Shown here one piece after another: positions 51,063 to 63,356 of a DNA stretch of 64,000 bases (position 1 is its first letter; each line of letters begins with the position of its first letter). The stretch spans positions 11,718,001 through 11,782,000 of the forward strand of contig OX597823.1 in assembly GCA_951406725.2 (NCBI GenBank). Reading direction: 5' to 3'. This stretch comes from Octopus vulgaris (lineage: Eukaryota). The position numbers and the translations under genes are program-made. The notes beneath the pieces are model-generated. The model ran no database searches. It saw only the letters and a list, made by a program, of their open reading frames with translations, and had not been told where the DNA came from.

Positions 51063-52270
51063 GGAAGCATTTAATTGCAATAAGAACATTTTTTTTTCTT
51101 GGGACTTCTTCATAGCCTGTTGAAATGACTTCGTATTCCTCTTGTTATTACTAGTGAAGTGGTATTTTAAATTACTCTTTCCTTCACAAAATTGTTGAAT
51201 AATTCCAAATTTCCTTATAAGTACAACTAATCCCAGAGAATGATTAATTACATACACACAGATACATGCAAACACACATACATTATATATATATATATAT
51301 TTATATATATACATATATACATATATATATATATAATCATAAATATGTTCAAGTTCTTGAAGATTATCTGATCCTTAGGTGAATATATTTATATACATAT
51401 AAACTTGTTGTTTTCTTAATTTTTTTTTCTCTTAATAATAATGGTGCCTTGTATTGGATATACAGTGTATCATGAATTTATTGCATTGCGTTGTATTGCT
51501 TCAGTTGATAGTAATATCATTTATTTGCAATATTTGCATAAGATATTAAACTGAGTGGTCCTTTATTATTTTTTATTTAAGTTGGTAGTACCTTAAATAA
51601 AAAAAAAGTAAAAGTCTCAAAAAATATATTAATAAACCAAATTTTTACAACTGCAGTGAAGTGTATGGTATTATATGTATTCCCTCATTGTCTCTTACCT
51701 TATCTTCCTGGAATGCTAATAAAACAGGTAAAAATTATTGATCTGCACACAGACTTATCAAATATAAAAAAAAATATGTGGTATCTGATTACTTGCTGAA
51801 CAAATCTCTAATTTTTTTTTTTTTTTTGTAGAATTATTTCAATTGCATTTATATGAGAACTTCAACTCCAATTTCATTTCATATTATTATTATTTTTATT
51901 ATCATCATTTTTTAAAATTCTAAATATTGTTTCTTCTAATATTTTCTTGTATGTCTGTGTGTAGGTGTGTGTGTGTGTGCGTGCGTGTGCATGTGTGTTA
52001 ACTTGAATATACATTATAAATTATTATTATTATTAACAATAACAAAAAATAAATACATTAAAAAAAATGCAATTGACTTTAGCATACATCAACTTTTCAT
52101 ACTCTGTGGCCTCAGTAACTTTTCTGATTTTCTTTCTCTCCCTTTTTTAATTTTTTTTTTTTAATGATCTCCTGACCTTTGTCATACCTGCAAAACAACA
52201 ACTTAAGTATGATAATCTCCATGAAATTATTCAACTTGAATGTAATAAAAATTAATGAATTCATCTTTCA
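43608..52270 (+). other. Probable long 3' UTR of Lar (3' end uncertain)
   Basis: Follows the stop codon; no recognisable SINE/LINE insertion, unlike the introns; many AATAAA, the last at 52244-52249 just before TE-rich DNA resumes. Confidence 0.5.
47260..48188. repeat. Large compound (TA)n/(TATG)n microsatellite; similar tracts at 45115-45275, 45720-45980, 49280-49650, 50705-51060
   Basis: Direct inspection; source of the YI/IY/CV-rich spurious ORFs. Confidence 0.95.
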
Positions 52271-52460
52271 ATTTGTCTAATTTGTCATATATTTGTATTA
52301 CATATATTCTTTTCGTTCCTTTACTGCTTTCAGTCTTTGTACTGCGGCCATATTAGGCAGAATAGTTTTAGTTTTACCTGAAAAACAAGTAGCACCCACA
52401 TCACCCGCTAACCCGTTAGACAATAAAAGTGAAAGAGAAATGATGAATTATACAGTGTGG

Positions 52461-52671
52461 AAGGCAGCGAGCTGGCCGAAACGTTAACACACCGGGCGAA
52501 ATGCGTTGCGGTATTTCGTCTGTCTTTATGTTCTGAGTTCAAATTCCGCCGAGGTCGACTTTGCCTTTCATCCTTTCGGGGTCGATAAATCAAGTACCAG
52601 TTGCATACTGGGGTCGATCTAATCGACTGGACCCCTCCCCGAAAATTTCGAGCCTTGTGCCCGGAGTAGAA
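52461..52671 (+). mobile_element. SINE family A with long target-site duplication
   Basis: TSD ATGAATTATACA(G/A)TGTGG at 52443-52460 and 52672-52689. Confidence 0.88.
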
Positions 52672-52871
52672 ATGAATTATACAATGTGGTCGCAATCATA
52701 CCTGATTCCGAGTCAGATGGGACAAAGCTATCCCCAGACAGGAAATTTTGCCCAAATATTGGAAATATTGGGCTCTACAAAAAGCATTCAAAGACCAGTT
52801 AGTGATGTTTGACGTTAGATTCTTACCTTATGTGTCCAGAACCCTTCAGTGTCAATGAAATGGTCTGCCCA

Positions 52872-52978
52872 AGGCTATAAGTGGAAGACATTTGCCCAAG
52901 GTGCCACGCAGTGGGACTGAACCCAGGACCATGTGGTTCGTAAGCAAGCTACTTACCACACAGCCACTCCTACGCCTA
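52872..52978 (-). mobile_element. SINE family B 5' half, reverse strand (other partial copies near 6130-6255, 7077-7245, 32090-32220)
   Basis: Reverse complement of the family B head. Confidence 0.75.
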
Positions 52979-53995
52979 TAAAACAAAAAATAATTTAGAT
53001 GAAATGGTACATTATAAATTTAATATTTTGTGAATTTCAATCAATATTTGATTAAGAAATTAGCTTCAATGTAATTCTGACCTTTCAGCTGCTATCTTAA
53101 TATTCACTATATCTGGCAGTTGTTGGCTCCCGTTTAGAATTTTTACTGATTTCTTTGGCACTGTATTTGGAGTTCTGAATATCGATATTGTAGTTTTAAA
53201 GAGAAATCCTCATTGGTTTAATATTTACAATATCTCTTCCAAAAAATAATCCTTTATAGGTAAGCAAGTGTCCTATTTCTATATAGCCGCCTCACTTGCC
53301 ACAGATACTTGCCAAATATCCCTCATAATCACACCTTGTCTTAAGAATAATAATAATAAAAAAAAAGATAATGTAATTTATGAAGAAAAATGGGATGGTC
53401 AAGGCTGGAAAGATTTCGATCAGATTTGTTCGTTTTAGTCTAAAGCAAGAACAACTATATAGACTTCAGGTTATAAAACTTAATTGTTATAATTTTAGTT
53501 CACTTCTTCCACGGTTCGTTTTATTATTATTTTGTATGATTTATTCCATTTTCAGGTGTGAAAAATGCCTTGTCTCACTTGATTGTCCTGTGTTCCACAC
53601 AAAGCCATAGATTAGCGGTTCTGAATGCTATGGGCGTGGGGATTTACAGGAGATCAAATTCAATATTACTAGCACTCTTTTCATAGGAAGTTAGAAAAAC
53701 AAAAACAGTTTTTAAGTTAAAATTTTGAAAAAATTATATAAGAAACCATCTTTCATCATTTTAATCATAATTGCTTCTAACAAAATTATCAATGCTTCTT
53801 AAAACACTCGAGCCTTAGCATAGATTTTCGAAAAGACCCTTTTGATATCAATCCGCATGAGGCTTTGGTTCTGTAATGCAAATTTACTGTTTAAAATAAT
53901 TATCTAAATGAAAAGTCTCATCAATATTTCCTGTTAATTTATCTTCCAAAAAACTAGCTTAATTATGACTAAATTATTTTAGCAAATCCTTTGTT

Positions 53996-54393
53996 GGATC
54001 TTTCCGGTTTGAACGGCAGTTTTTTCTAGCGGTGTCATATGAAATTGTCACCCATAATTATGACCCTAGTATCGATCTATTGCATTTCAATCTCTTTTAG
54101 GGTTAGGGGTGGGGGAAGGGTATCTTTTTTTTCTTCACAAATGTTAAATAAACTCAATCTGTTTCTTAAACGAGGGACATATTCATACGGCACAATGTTT
54201 TTTACCTCAATGGACGTCATTGATTGGTTGAAATTGAAGAAAAAAACAACAAATATCTGACAAACTATAGAATTTTCTCAATAAAGCCAAGAGAAAAAGA
54301 TGTTTTATAAACACATTCTACCAGTATACGAAGTTTAAAATTTTTTAGTTACCTAGAAATTATGTTAAAAACTCGTTCAAACCGAAAAGATCC
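53996..54393. mobile_element. MITE with ~28 bp TIRs and 8 bp TSD (Merlin-like ends), nested in a decayed family-1 MITE (~53836-54455)
   Basis: GGATCTTTCCGGTTTGAACG / CGTTCAAACCGAAAAGATCC; TSD CCTTTGTT / CCTTTATT. Confidence 0.8.
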
Positions 54394-55461
54394 CCTTTAT
54401 TTTCAAAATAGAAACAAAGGCAGTATATTTGAACAGAAATATGGTAACAAGGGTCAAATTATATTTTTACAAATCCACGGTGCACCTAGAACCTACTTCA
54501 GATGCACTAATGCTCTGCTTCCCACCAGTTAAGAATGACTGCTATAATAGAATAGGTTTTCATATCTTATTGCATATATTGGTTTGTGTATAAATTCTAA
54601 CTTTTGTATCTTTTCTCTTCTTTCTATCTATTATTGCTAGTGTAATCTTTTAATGGCTATTTTAATGCAATAATTTCTGGCAGACACTGTTGCTATAACC
54701 TTTAGCAAACATACTGTATGAAATAGGAGCAATTATTTTAGAAGACATTGATGCTGTATTCTAAGTTGATATTACTTAAACCCCTTCTCCGTTTCCTCTG
54801 ATCCAGCTTACCCATAATCACATACATTCCAGCTGCTACCTTCTTCCCCGCCCCCATTTCAAAGTATACCCCCCACTCTATAAGCCATTTTGTTCTTTTC
54901 TTTTGACGACTTTGGTTGCTATTCACGACAAATCAGCCGACCACAGAAAGGCCCCACTCTCACTCTGGTACTGCCATCTTGCAGACATCCTTAAAGACAC
55001 CGATGATAGATAGTTGTTTAGTCCTAGTCGGCTATAACAAAGGCATTCCATCCATGACTATGTCTTGAATATAACGAGAAAAGCATCTTGTCTTTGGAAG
55101 CGCATATCTTTACGTTTTCAAAGACTTGCTTCTAATTTTCATTTTTTTTCTTTTTATATATATTTATATATAGAATATAGCTGGGGCTACGTTGTCTAAT
55201 GTATCCTTTTGTTTAAAAAAGGTTTGTTTGAGAGAGATTTGGCTGCTTTTTCTAACAGTAAGAGATCCCTCATTTGTTCGTGTAATGCCTGGTATTCTCT
55301 TGTGTTATCTGTAGCAGACAATTGTACATTAGTCTTTGTTAAACATTCTATTATCGTAAGCTCTAATAGATATCAGTCTTTAGAAACCACTTTAGTGCTA
55401 TAAATTCTAAGACACATATGCGATAATATATATAGGACTCTATGGTATGTATTGATCAGTA

Positions 55462-55730
55462 TAGTGGTTCCCAATCCGTTTTATTCATTGCGCATTTAGA
55501 GAAAAATATATTTTGGTGTATTTCTTGCAAAGAAAATTAGTGTTAAAAATGGCTTTTATATATGTTAACCTATAAATACAATTTAAACTACAGAAATTTC
55601 ATTTTATTCACTAAATGTGGTGCTATTCCTAACATTTGATATTTAGAATTTCTGTTTCAATTTTTTTAAATGATTTTATTTTCACGGCGCATCTAGCTAA
55701 TCTCAGGGCACATGGTTTTGGGAACTACGG
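55462..55730. mobile_element. Old hAT(Charlie)-like MITE
   Basis: Ends TAGTGGTTCCCAA / TTGGGAACTACGG resemble CAGTGGTTCCCAA-type TIRs. Confidence 0.5.
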
Positions 55731-56109
55731 GGATTAATACAATGTCTTAACTCTTTTCTTTGGGTGATATCTGTATATTTTCATATTTCAGCATTAATTC
55801 TTGAAAGAGGATTAAAGAAGTGCAGATGAGTTTGTCCACATTTAGAGATTTCTATATTTTTAAATGTTATGTTGTATGAATTTATATACGCATCTACATA
55901 CATATGTGTGTGTGTGTGTGTATGCATGTATGTATGTATATACGTTTTTGTGAACAATAGCAGCGTTTGCTGCAGGTTTTTAGTGTATCTACCAATTGCT
56001 GGTTCACTTTATCTCCGATTGCTAGATAATGTCTGTGCCCCTTGGGTAGCACAAACACCCTTAATGTATTTTTGTCTGACATACCAGTGTCGTGGAACTA
56101 CGTAACCCT

Positions 56110-57080
56110 CCACCTCTTTATCATCACCACCATCATCATCATCATCATTATCATCAATATCGTCACCGACGTCATCATTTTAGTTTTTGTCATAATCACC
56201 AACACCACCACCAGTACTACTAAAATCTTCGTCATCTCAAGATTTTAGTTTCCTTTTCCTTTTCTTTTTCTTTTTTTTCTTTTCTTTTCTGGTGGGTAGG
56301 TCTGTATTGAACGTGTACGGTTTCTACATGTCTTGGAGGATAATTTCGTCTGTGAAGTTCAGTACCCGAACATTGATCTTCATACTTCATATATTTTTTT
56401 TTTGTTTGACGCACCATTTAACTGACTTGTGTAATCATAATCCTCATCATCATCATTATCATCGTCAGTATTATCATTATCTTTTATCGCCACCACTACA
56501 CTCCATCATTATCGTTGTCATCACCAACCAATCTTTTAGTTTCCAGCTTGACTGGCGAGGAAAGGTTCCACTGCTATGGGGTGGGCATGTCTGTCGTGCC
56601 CCTCATCTCAGTTTTGGGTCATTTCGTCTTTTAAGCTCTTCAACATCGAACGTCGTTATACCGCATTACACTTTGTTTCACCCTATACTTTACTGGCATT
56701 ACATACATGTAATCGTCATCATCATCATCATCATCATCAACAACGTTCTCGTGTTTTTCTTTTTGTTTTGTTTTGTTTTTTTATAGGTGGAATTCCACTT
56801 GTAGGAATCGGGTATGTCTGTGGCATAACTTGTTGCCACTCATCTCAGTACCCGAACATCGGATATCACTGTACTGCAATGTCTTTTTTTGTTTTGTTTT
56901 GTTCTTTTTTTTTTATTAGTTTCACCAGTTTATTGCTACTAGTCCCATGTCATCACCATCGTCATCATCACCATCATCAACGTTTTTCCTTTGTTTTCCT
57001 TTTGTTGTTGTTTTGTTTTTTTGTAGGTAGGGCTCCACTGGCGTGGGTTCGACATGTCTTGTTGCACAGTTTATCGCCAT
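56110..57080. repeat. Degenerate tandem array of ~230-300 bp units separated by (CAT)n and T-rich runs
   Basis: Recurrent blocks (CAT)n-CAACGTT, TAGGT.G...TCCACT, CATGTC, CTCATCTCAGT, CAGTACCCGAACAT. Confidence 0.6.
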
Positions 57081-57295
57081 TCGTCTTGATCTTTGGTTTA
57101 TCTCGTCTGTGAATTTGTTTAGCTCCCGAAAATTTTGTATTTCCCCATTTCTTTTGTATGTCTGGCTTCTGGTTGACGATAATTGAGGAAAAGCAGTGAT
57201 CAAAATGAAGTCTCTTTGAACTACCAATTTGAATCTGGCTAACTCCAAATGACTTTGACGTAAAAAGATTTTAAACTCAGATGATAGAATCAGAG

Positions 57296-57730
57296 GGCGA
57301 GCTGGCAGAAACGTTAGTGCGCCGGGAGAAATGCTTAGCAGTATTTCGTCTGCCGTTACGTTCTGAGTTCAAATTCCGCCGAGGACGACTTTGCCTTTCA
57401 TCCTTTCGGAGTCGATAAATTAAGTACCAGTTACGCACTGGGGTCGATGTAATCGACTTAACCCCTTTGTCTGGTCTTGTTTGTCCCCTCTATGTTTAGC
57501 CCCCTGTGGGCAGTAAAGAAATAAAAATCAGAGTTAGCAATACTATTAATATACAAGAATATTTAAGATGACGAGTTGGCAGAATCGTTAGCAACGCCGG
57601 ACAAAATACTTATCGTCATTTCTTCCAGTTCTTTACTGTCTGAATTCAAATTCCTCTGAGGCTGACATCGTCTTTCATCTTTTCGGGGTCGATAAAATAA
57701 GACCCAGTCGATGTAATTGAGTTACCCCAC
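57296..57730 (+). mobile_element. SINE family A young copy (57296-57525) followed by an older copy
   Basis: TSD AATCAGAG around the first copy; second decayed core at 57565-57730. Confidence 0.8.
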
Positions 57731-59906
57731 AACCATCACCGCCTAAAAAAAAATTTAAATAGACATTTCAGGCTTTATATAGAAGAAAGAAAAATAGAAA
57801 AGAAATATATATGAGACTATAACAGCTGAAAAAAAGAAGCCCTGTCCCTTCTTATAGCTATAAATGTATAAAAATAATTGAACGTTTCAAAAACATGACA
57901 TGGAAAAGTGATACTCAATACGCAAGCAAAAGCCAAGATTCTAATGGATTTATTACCTACGTTTAGCTTTGTCGGATTTCCAAAGACTTAATGCTTATTT
58001 TCATTTTTTATGACATTCCTGGTATTAATGTCTGGACGTTTCCTCCTGTCATATCTTTCAGGCGAAGGATATTTTGGATAATGCATACCTCAACAACCCT
58101 AAAAAAAAAAAACAGACAGGATATCCCTGGATGGAACCCTTATATAATCATAGGTCTGTTTGACCAGAGCAGTCTTGAAAACTGAAACAACACTGACTAT
58201 CTTGTATTGCAAAAAATGCTATTTATATAAACTAATAAAGGAACCTTTGAGAAATAGCAACCAAATCTCCCTCAAATCAAGCCTAACGTCTAGGAATATA
58301 TTATGTCTAAAAAGAGAAGATTAAATAAACAGGATGATTGTAGGTCGGCTCGGTCAGGTCTGTCTTGAAGTACTACAGCACTAAATAATGGATTATGAAT
58401 AAAGGAGAATTTACACGATAGCGCGATCTGCTAGGAAAGCACTACAAAATCTCCCTCAAATCATACACTACTGTTTTAAATAAGAGAAGAATACAGTGCA
58501 TATTTTATACTTAAAAAGAAAGAAGAAATTGGTTTATCGCTGTCTGCTTAATTGGAACTGAAGCGGGTTTATTTTTAAGAGACAGTGTGCGATTTGAGGG
58601 AATACGGACTTTTAGTGTAGTGTACTATATTTTGGTTGACAGTTTCCAATTGTGAAATCTTAACGTTTTAACAGACCACCCTTCAGTCTTGATAAAATAT
58701 CTCCTCCCTTAGCTATAATTAAAGAAGGATGTTGTTATCACCGGGAATGTCATGCACAAACGAAAATAACAAACCAAGTTTATGATGTGTTACATAAAAG
58801 TAAATAAATTTAATGAAGTGAGAATCAAAAATCTAATAAGAAATAATTATACGCTGATGAAATTTCAATTAGTTTTTTGTTATGCTTATTACATGAAATA
58901 TGTTAACACTAACTTAACTATCGTTGTTCACGTAGACTTCATCTTTCTAAGTAATTAAACTTATTTATTTCATATATTTCAAATGCTAATCTTCACGCCT
59001 CTTCGTATGCAATATTGTACATGTATCAGCATTGTGTGCTGCGAAGGTATTATAAAAATATCTTGGTTTTCTATAAAATAACCAAATCTTCAAGGCAAAG
59101 TATAAAATTATCTGTACACATTTCCTAGGTATTCTGTAGATTACTGAGCTAAGGTAGGCAACGTGTGAAATGACCCAATATGTTCTCACTGACTGTGAAG
59201 ATTCTAAAACAGAATCTTGGAATTACAGGCAATCAAATTAAGAAAAATTACAAGTTTCCATTCACTGGGCGCAGTGCCTCTGTTCGGATTTTCATCCTTG
59301 GATTTATCGAAGAATGTGGAGACAATCGCTAAAATTTTGAATATGTGATTGTAGATGTTCAAAAGGATTAGACCCCGTACTAAGGATGTTCAAACGGCTC
59401 TATGCCAGACCGCGGTTAGCTGTGTGCTCAACAACATCCCATTGGATTAGCAATATCACCCAGATCAGCTTTAGTATGATAATTTGCTGGAAGAAGGTAA
59501 GACTTTGTTTAATGTGTGTGTAAGATAAGACACAGGCTTGTACGTGTGCAAAGCAAGCCATTTGGTCTGAAATCTTGTGTTTGAAACTGAAGCAATTACA
59601 TCAAAGAAGTGTCAGTTGGGGCATGTAATAACAGAAAAAACTGTTAGGCAAAATCACATACAGTTTATTTCATAGAGTGTCAAACTTTCCGTCGCATCTT
59701 TGTGTTTTTGAATGAGTCAAAAGACTCTCCTACGATGTAATTAGCAAGAAATATTTGCACGTTAAAAAACACATACAAAAGGTGTAATGTAGTTTAAAAT
59801 GTCCAAACGGTTCCAGTGAATGGAAAGACTAAAATTATTCAATGTTAATCGCTATTTTAATATTTAATTTAGATTTCATCCCCAGATCACTCATAAATAA
59901 TTACGC

Positions 59907-60134
59907 ATCGGCTGGCTGAAACGTTAGCACGCCGGGCGAAATGCGTAGCCGTATTTCGTCTGCGTATTTCGTTCTGAGTTCAAATTCCGCCGAGGTCGAC
60001 TTTGCCTTTCATCCTTTCGGGCTCGATAAATTAAGTACCATTTACGCTCTGGGGTCGATGTAATCGACTTAATTCGTTTGTCTGTCCTTGTTTGTCCCCT
60101 CTGTGTTTAGCCCCTTGTGGGTAGTAAAGAAATA
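59907..60134 (+). mobile_element. SINE family A without TSD
   Basis: Family core and TAAAGAAATAG tail. Confidence 0.85.
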
Positions 60135-61294
60135 GATATATATTATTTCTTATACAAGTTTAGCTTTCACAAATTTCAATTTGTTAACAAAGTTTCTATC
60201 TCCTGTTTTCTGTTGTAATTCGCCTAAAGTTAGCGAGACATTTTATCAAAAGCCAAAGGTAAACATATGGAGTTAGAATTAAATATGTGTATTTCATAAC
60301 TTACCAAAAATGCTAGGCGTTCTTTCCAATACTCAAAGAATTCTATACAATATCTGTTTCACAAATTGTCAGTAAAGCATCCACTTAGTGATTCTCCCTT
60401 TACTAATGCGGTAAGTATAGTGAAGTCAATGCTTCACTGATGAGGAATGATAATCAGAAAAATGTCCAGAGTTATCTCCCGTATTTTCTGGAATACTTAA
60501 AGCAATATTAATAATTAAACTAATATCGTCTTTTCTTTATTACCTACATATTCTTAATTACATATATTTTTTATGCTCATTACATTAGATAACACAAACT
60601 TTTCAATTGTTTATTTCTGAGATCGCTTTTCTGAGTAATTAACTTCATCAATTTACGGTTTTAATTTAACAAATTGGCAGACCTAAGATATAAGATGGAA
60701 TAGAATCTTAGTTTTTCTTATGTGTATTTTTGTGTGGTTGAGCTCAGCTCATCGTGTGTGTGTATGTGTGTGCATGCGTACCCGCATATACGTGAAATAT
60801 TCTTCGCATAAGATACTAACACCTTGTAATTAGAAGGTAAGGACAACGTAGAGTTTATTCTACGCAGTCATTCGATCTGCTAGTAATAGCACCCAGATAT
60901 TCATCAGGTTATAACTTCACATTGGATAATCAAATTCTAGATACACTGTATCTCTGAGTGAAATAGAAGTCGCTCACAGCTGAAATGCCTTTGATCAAAA
61001 CTTTACTGGATCGTGGACCTGAACAAAAAAGCAACCCTAAAATAAAGGCATATATAATCAATATTATTGAACTGAAGACGGTGCTGAAGTACGGCCTAGA
61101 CTGGGGTGATTGGAACCAACTAAAAACCATAGTGGATTGAATACTGGAACGGAAGTAAACAAGGAAGTGGATAAAAGTGTTCTTAGAGGAGAAGAAAGGC
61201 CTCTTAAAATTCATTCAACTACCATTGTCGACGAATGAAATCGAAAAATGTATAAAGTAAGTACTACTACTACTACTACTACTACTGCATAATA

Positions 61295-61628
61295 ATAATC
61301 CTTTCTACTACAGGCACAAGGCCTGAAATTTTGGGGGAAAGTTATTAGCGATTATTACAAAAAGAGATGTCGCTAAGCACTTTGTCAGGTGTGCTAATGA
61401 TTCTAATAATAATAATAACAATAATAATCTTTTCTACTAAAGGCACAAAGCCTGAAATTTGGGGGAGGGGATAGTCGATTACATCGACCCCCACCTAATT
61501 TATCGACCCTGAAAGGATGAAAGGCAAAGTCGATCTCAGCGGAATTTGAACTCAGAACGTAGCGGCAGACGAAATACTGCTAAGTATTTTGCTCGGCGTT
61601 CTAGCGATTCTGGCCGCTCGCTACCTTA
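61295..61628 (-). mobile_element. SINE family A, reverse strand: one internally deleted and one near-complete copy in (AAT)n
   Basis: Reverse-complement core at 61500-61560. Confidence 0.78.
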
Positions 61629-61664
<36 letters not shown>

Positions 61665-61665
<1 letters not shown>

Positions 61666-62158
61666 GGCAGTGGCTCTCATGTCTTCTGATCTTAACTGAT
61701 TGGAAGTGTTATCATGTACATTGTTTTGTCTTGGTATAAAAGATGGGCTACAGCAAATATTCTGCTCAATACCACAGATTTGCTTGTCAGTTGTTTGACC
61801 TTAACCAGTTGAGAGCATGTCTCTTAGTGGCTGATGATATGTGCATCTCTGATCACGAGTAGAAGTAGTGGGGGGAGCATCATAGCCATGTGTTGAGAGG
61901 GATTCTTTGGGGTTTGAATAATTCACCTTTGGAAATATTCAGGGAGCTTTTGAGCAGGATGGGCTACGCGACCTGAAGAAATTTCTAACTGGGCCCCACC
62001 TGCAAGGTCATATCTTGATATGAAATCATGTCGTGCACATATGGTTGTGATGCCTGTGTCTGGTGTACCCTTATCAGACGAGTAGTCATGATAGGTATAC
62101 TGGGCTTCGTATATTTTACCCCAGTGTCACTTTGATGTCATGTGCTGCTCTCTCACTC
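61665..62158. repeat. Unclassified ~490 bp element embedded in an (AAT)n array
   Basis: Higher-complexity block flanked on both sides by (AAT)n, suggesting a microsatellite-targeting insertion; single copy in the window. Confidence 0.4.
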
Positions 62159-62919
62159 AATAATAATAATAATAATGATGATGATGATGATTGTGATATT
62201 GTGTACATCCATCTCTGCGTTTATATTCTGTAAATTACGATAAGTGTCTTCTTTCAGGATATCAATATGGCGCTATATTTTAGAAATGTCGTTTGTTCGT
62301 TTGCGCATAATCTCTGAAATACAAAAAACAAAAACTGATTCCGAGCAAAAACTAACTTTTTTTTAAAATTACACCGTGTCATTCATGTTTATAAATCTTA
62401 CTTAGCGTAACATATGTGACATATGTTCATTTACAATGTCAGATGTGAGAAATGGCTTGGAATTTTGAACATGGAATGTTCTTCTTCAATACGCAGGCCT
62501 CAGCAAGGATTTTTTTTATGCAAGACTCTAAAAAATATGTTTCGTATGTAGCAAGCTTCTTCTAATCAATCCACCGATTTTGCCCCAGCGGAAAAAAAAA
62601 CAAAAAGAAAAACAAAGGCCGATGAAGCGCGATAACAGCGCCATCTCCGGTGAACTAAAAATGTCAAAATCCCGAGCAAACACTACCAAAAGATATTTTG
62701 TCCGCTCTGTTCCCAATTCTGCCAATTTACTGCTCTGCACAGGTACGTTATTATATCGATCCCGGGAAGATTAAAAGTTGAAATAATCGTAGTTTGCTTT
62801 CTTTTCATTTCTTTCTCTTTTCTAGTGGGTGGGGAGATTCTAGGTTCCCTGCAAATGTACATCCGTCGCTTGCTGTATATTTAGTAGAATTAAAGAATGG
62901 CAATTGTTAGTACAAATAT

Positions 62920-63356
62920 TTCAAATTTTGACACAAGGCCAACAGTTTCAAAGGGGGGAAAAGTCGATGTAATCGACTTCAGCGTTCAGCTGGTACTTAT
63001 TTTATCGACCCCGAAAGAATGTCAAGCAAAGCCAACCTTGGCGGAATTTGAACTCGGAACATAAAAACGGACGAAATACCGCTAAGCAATTTGCCCAGCT
63101 TGCTAGCGATTCTGCCTGCATGTCGCCTTAGTGCAAATATCGAGTTCAAATTTTAGCATAAGGCCAGAAATTTCAAGGGTGGAGCTAAGTCTATTACATC
63201 GACCCTGGTGTTTCACTGGTACTTAATTTATCGACCCCGAAAGGATGAAAGACAAAGTCGACCTCGGTGGAGTTTGAACTGGGAAGGCAAAGATGAACGA
63301 ACTACTGCTTAAGCATTTTGCCCGTCGTGCTGACCATTCTGCCAGCTCGCCGCCTT
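62920..63356 (-). mobile_element. Two tandem reverse SINE family A copies
   Basis: Reverse-complement core at 62990-63060 and 63215-63280. Confidence 0.8.
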
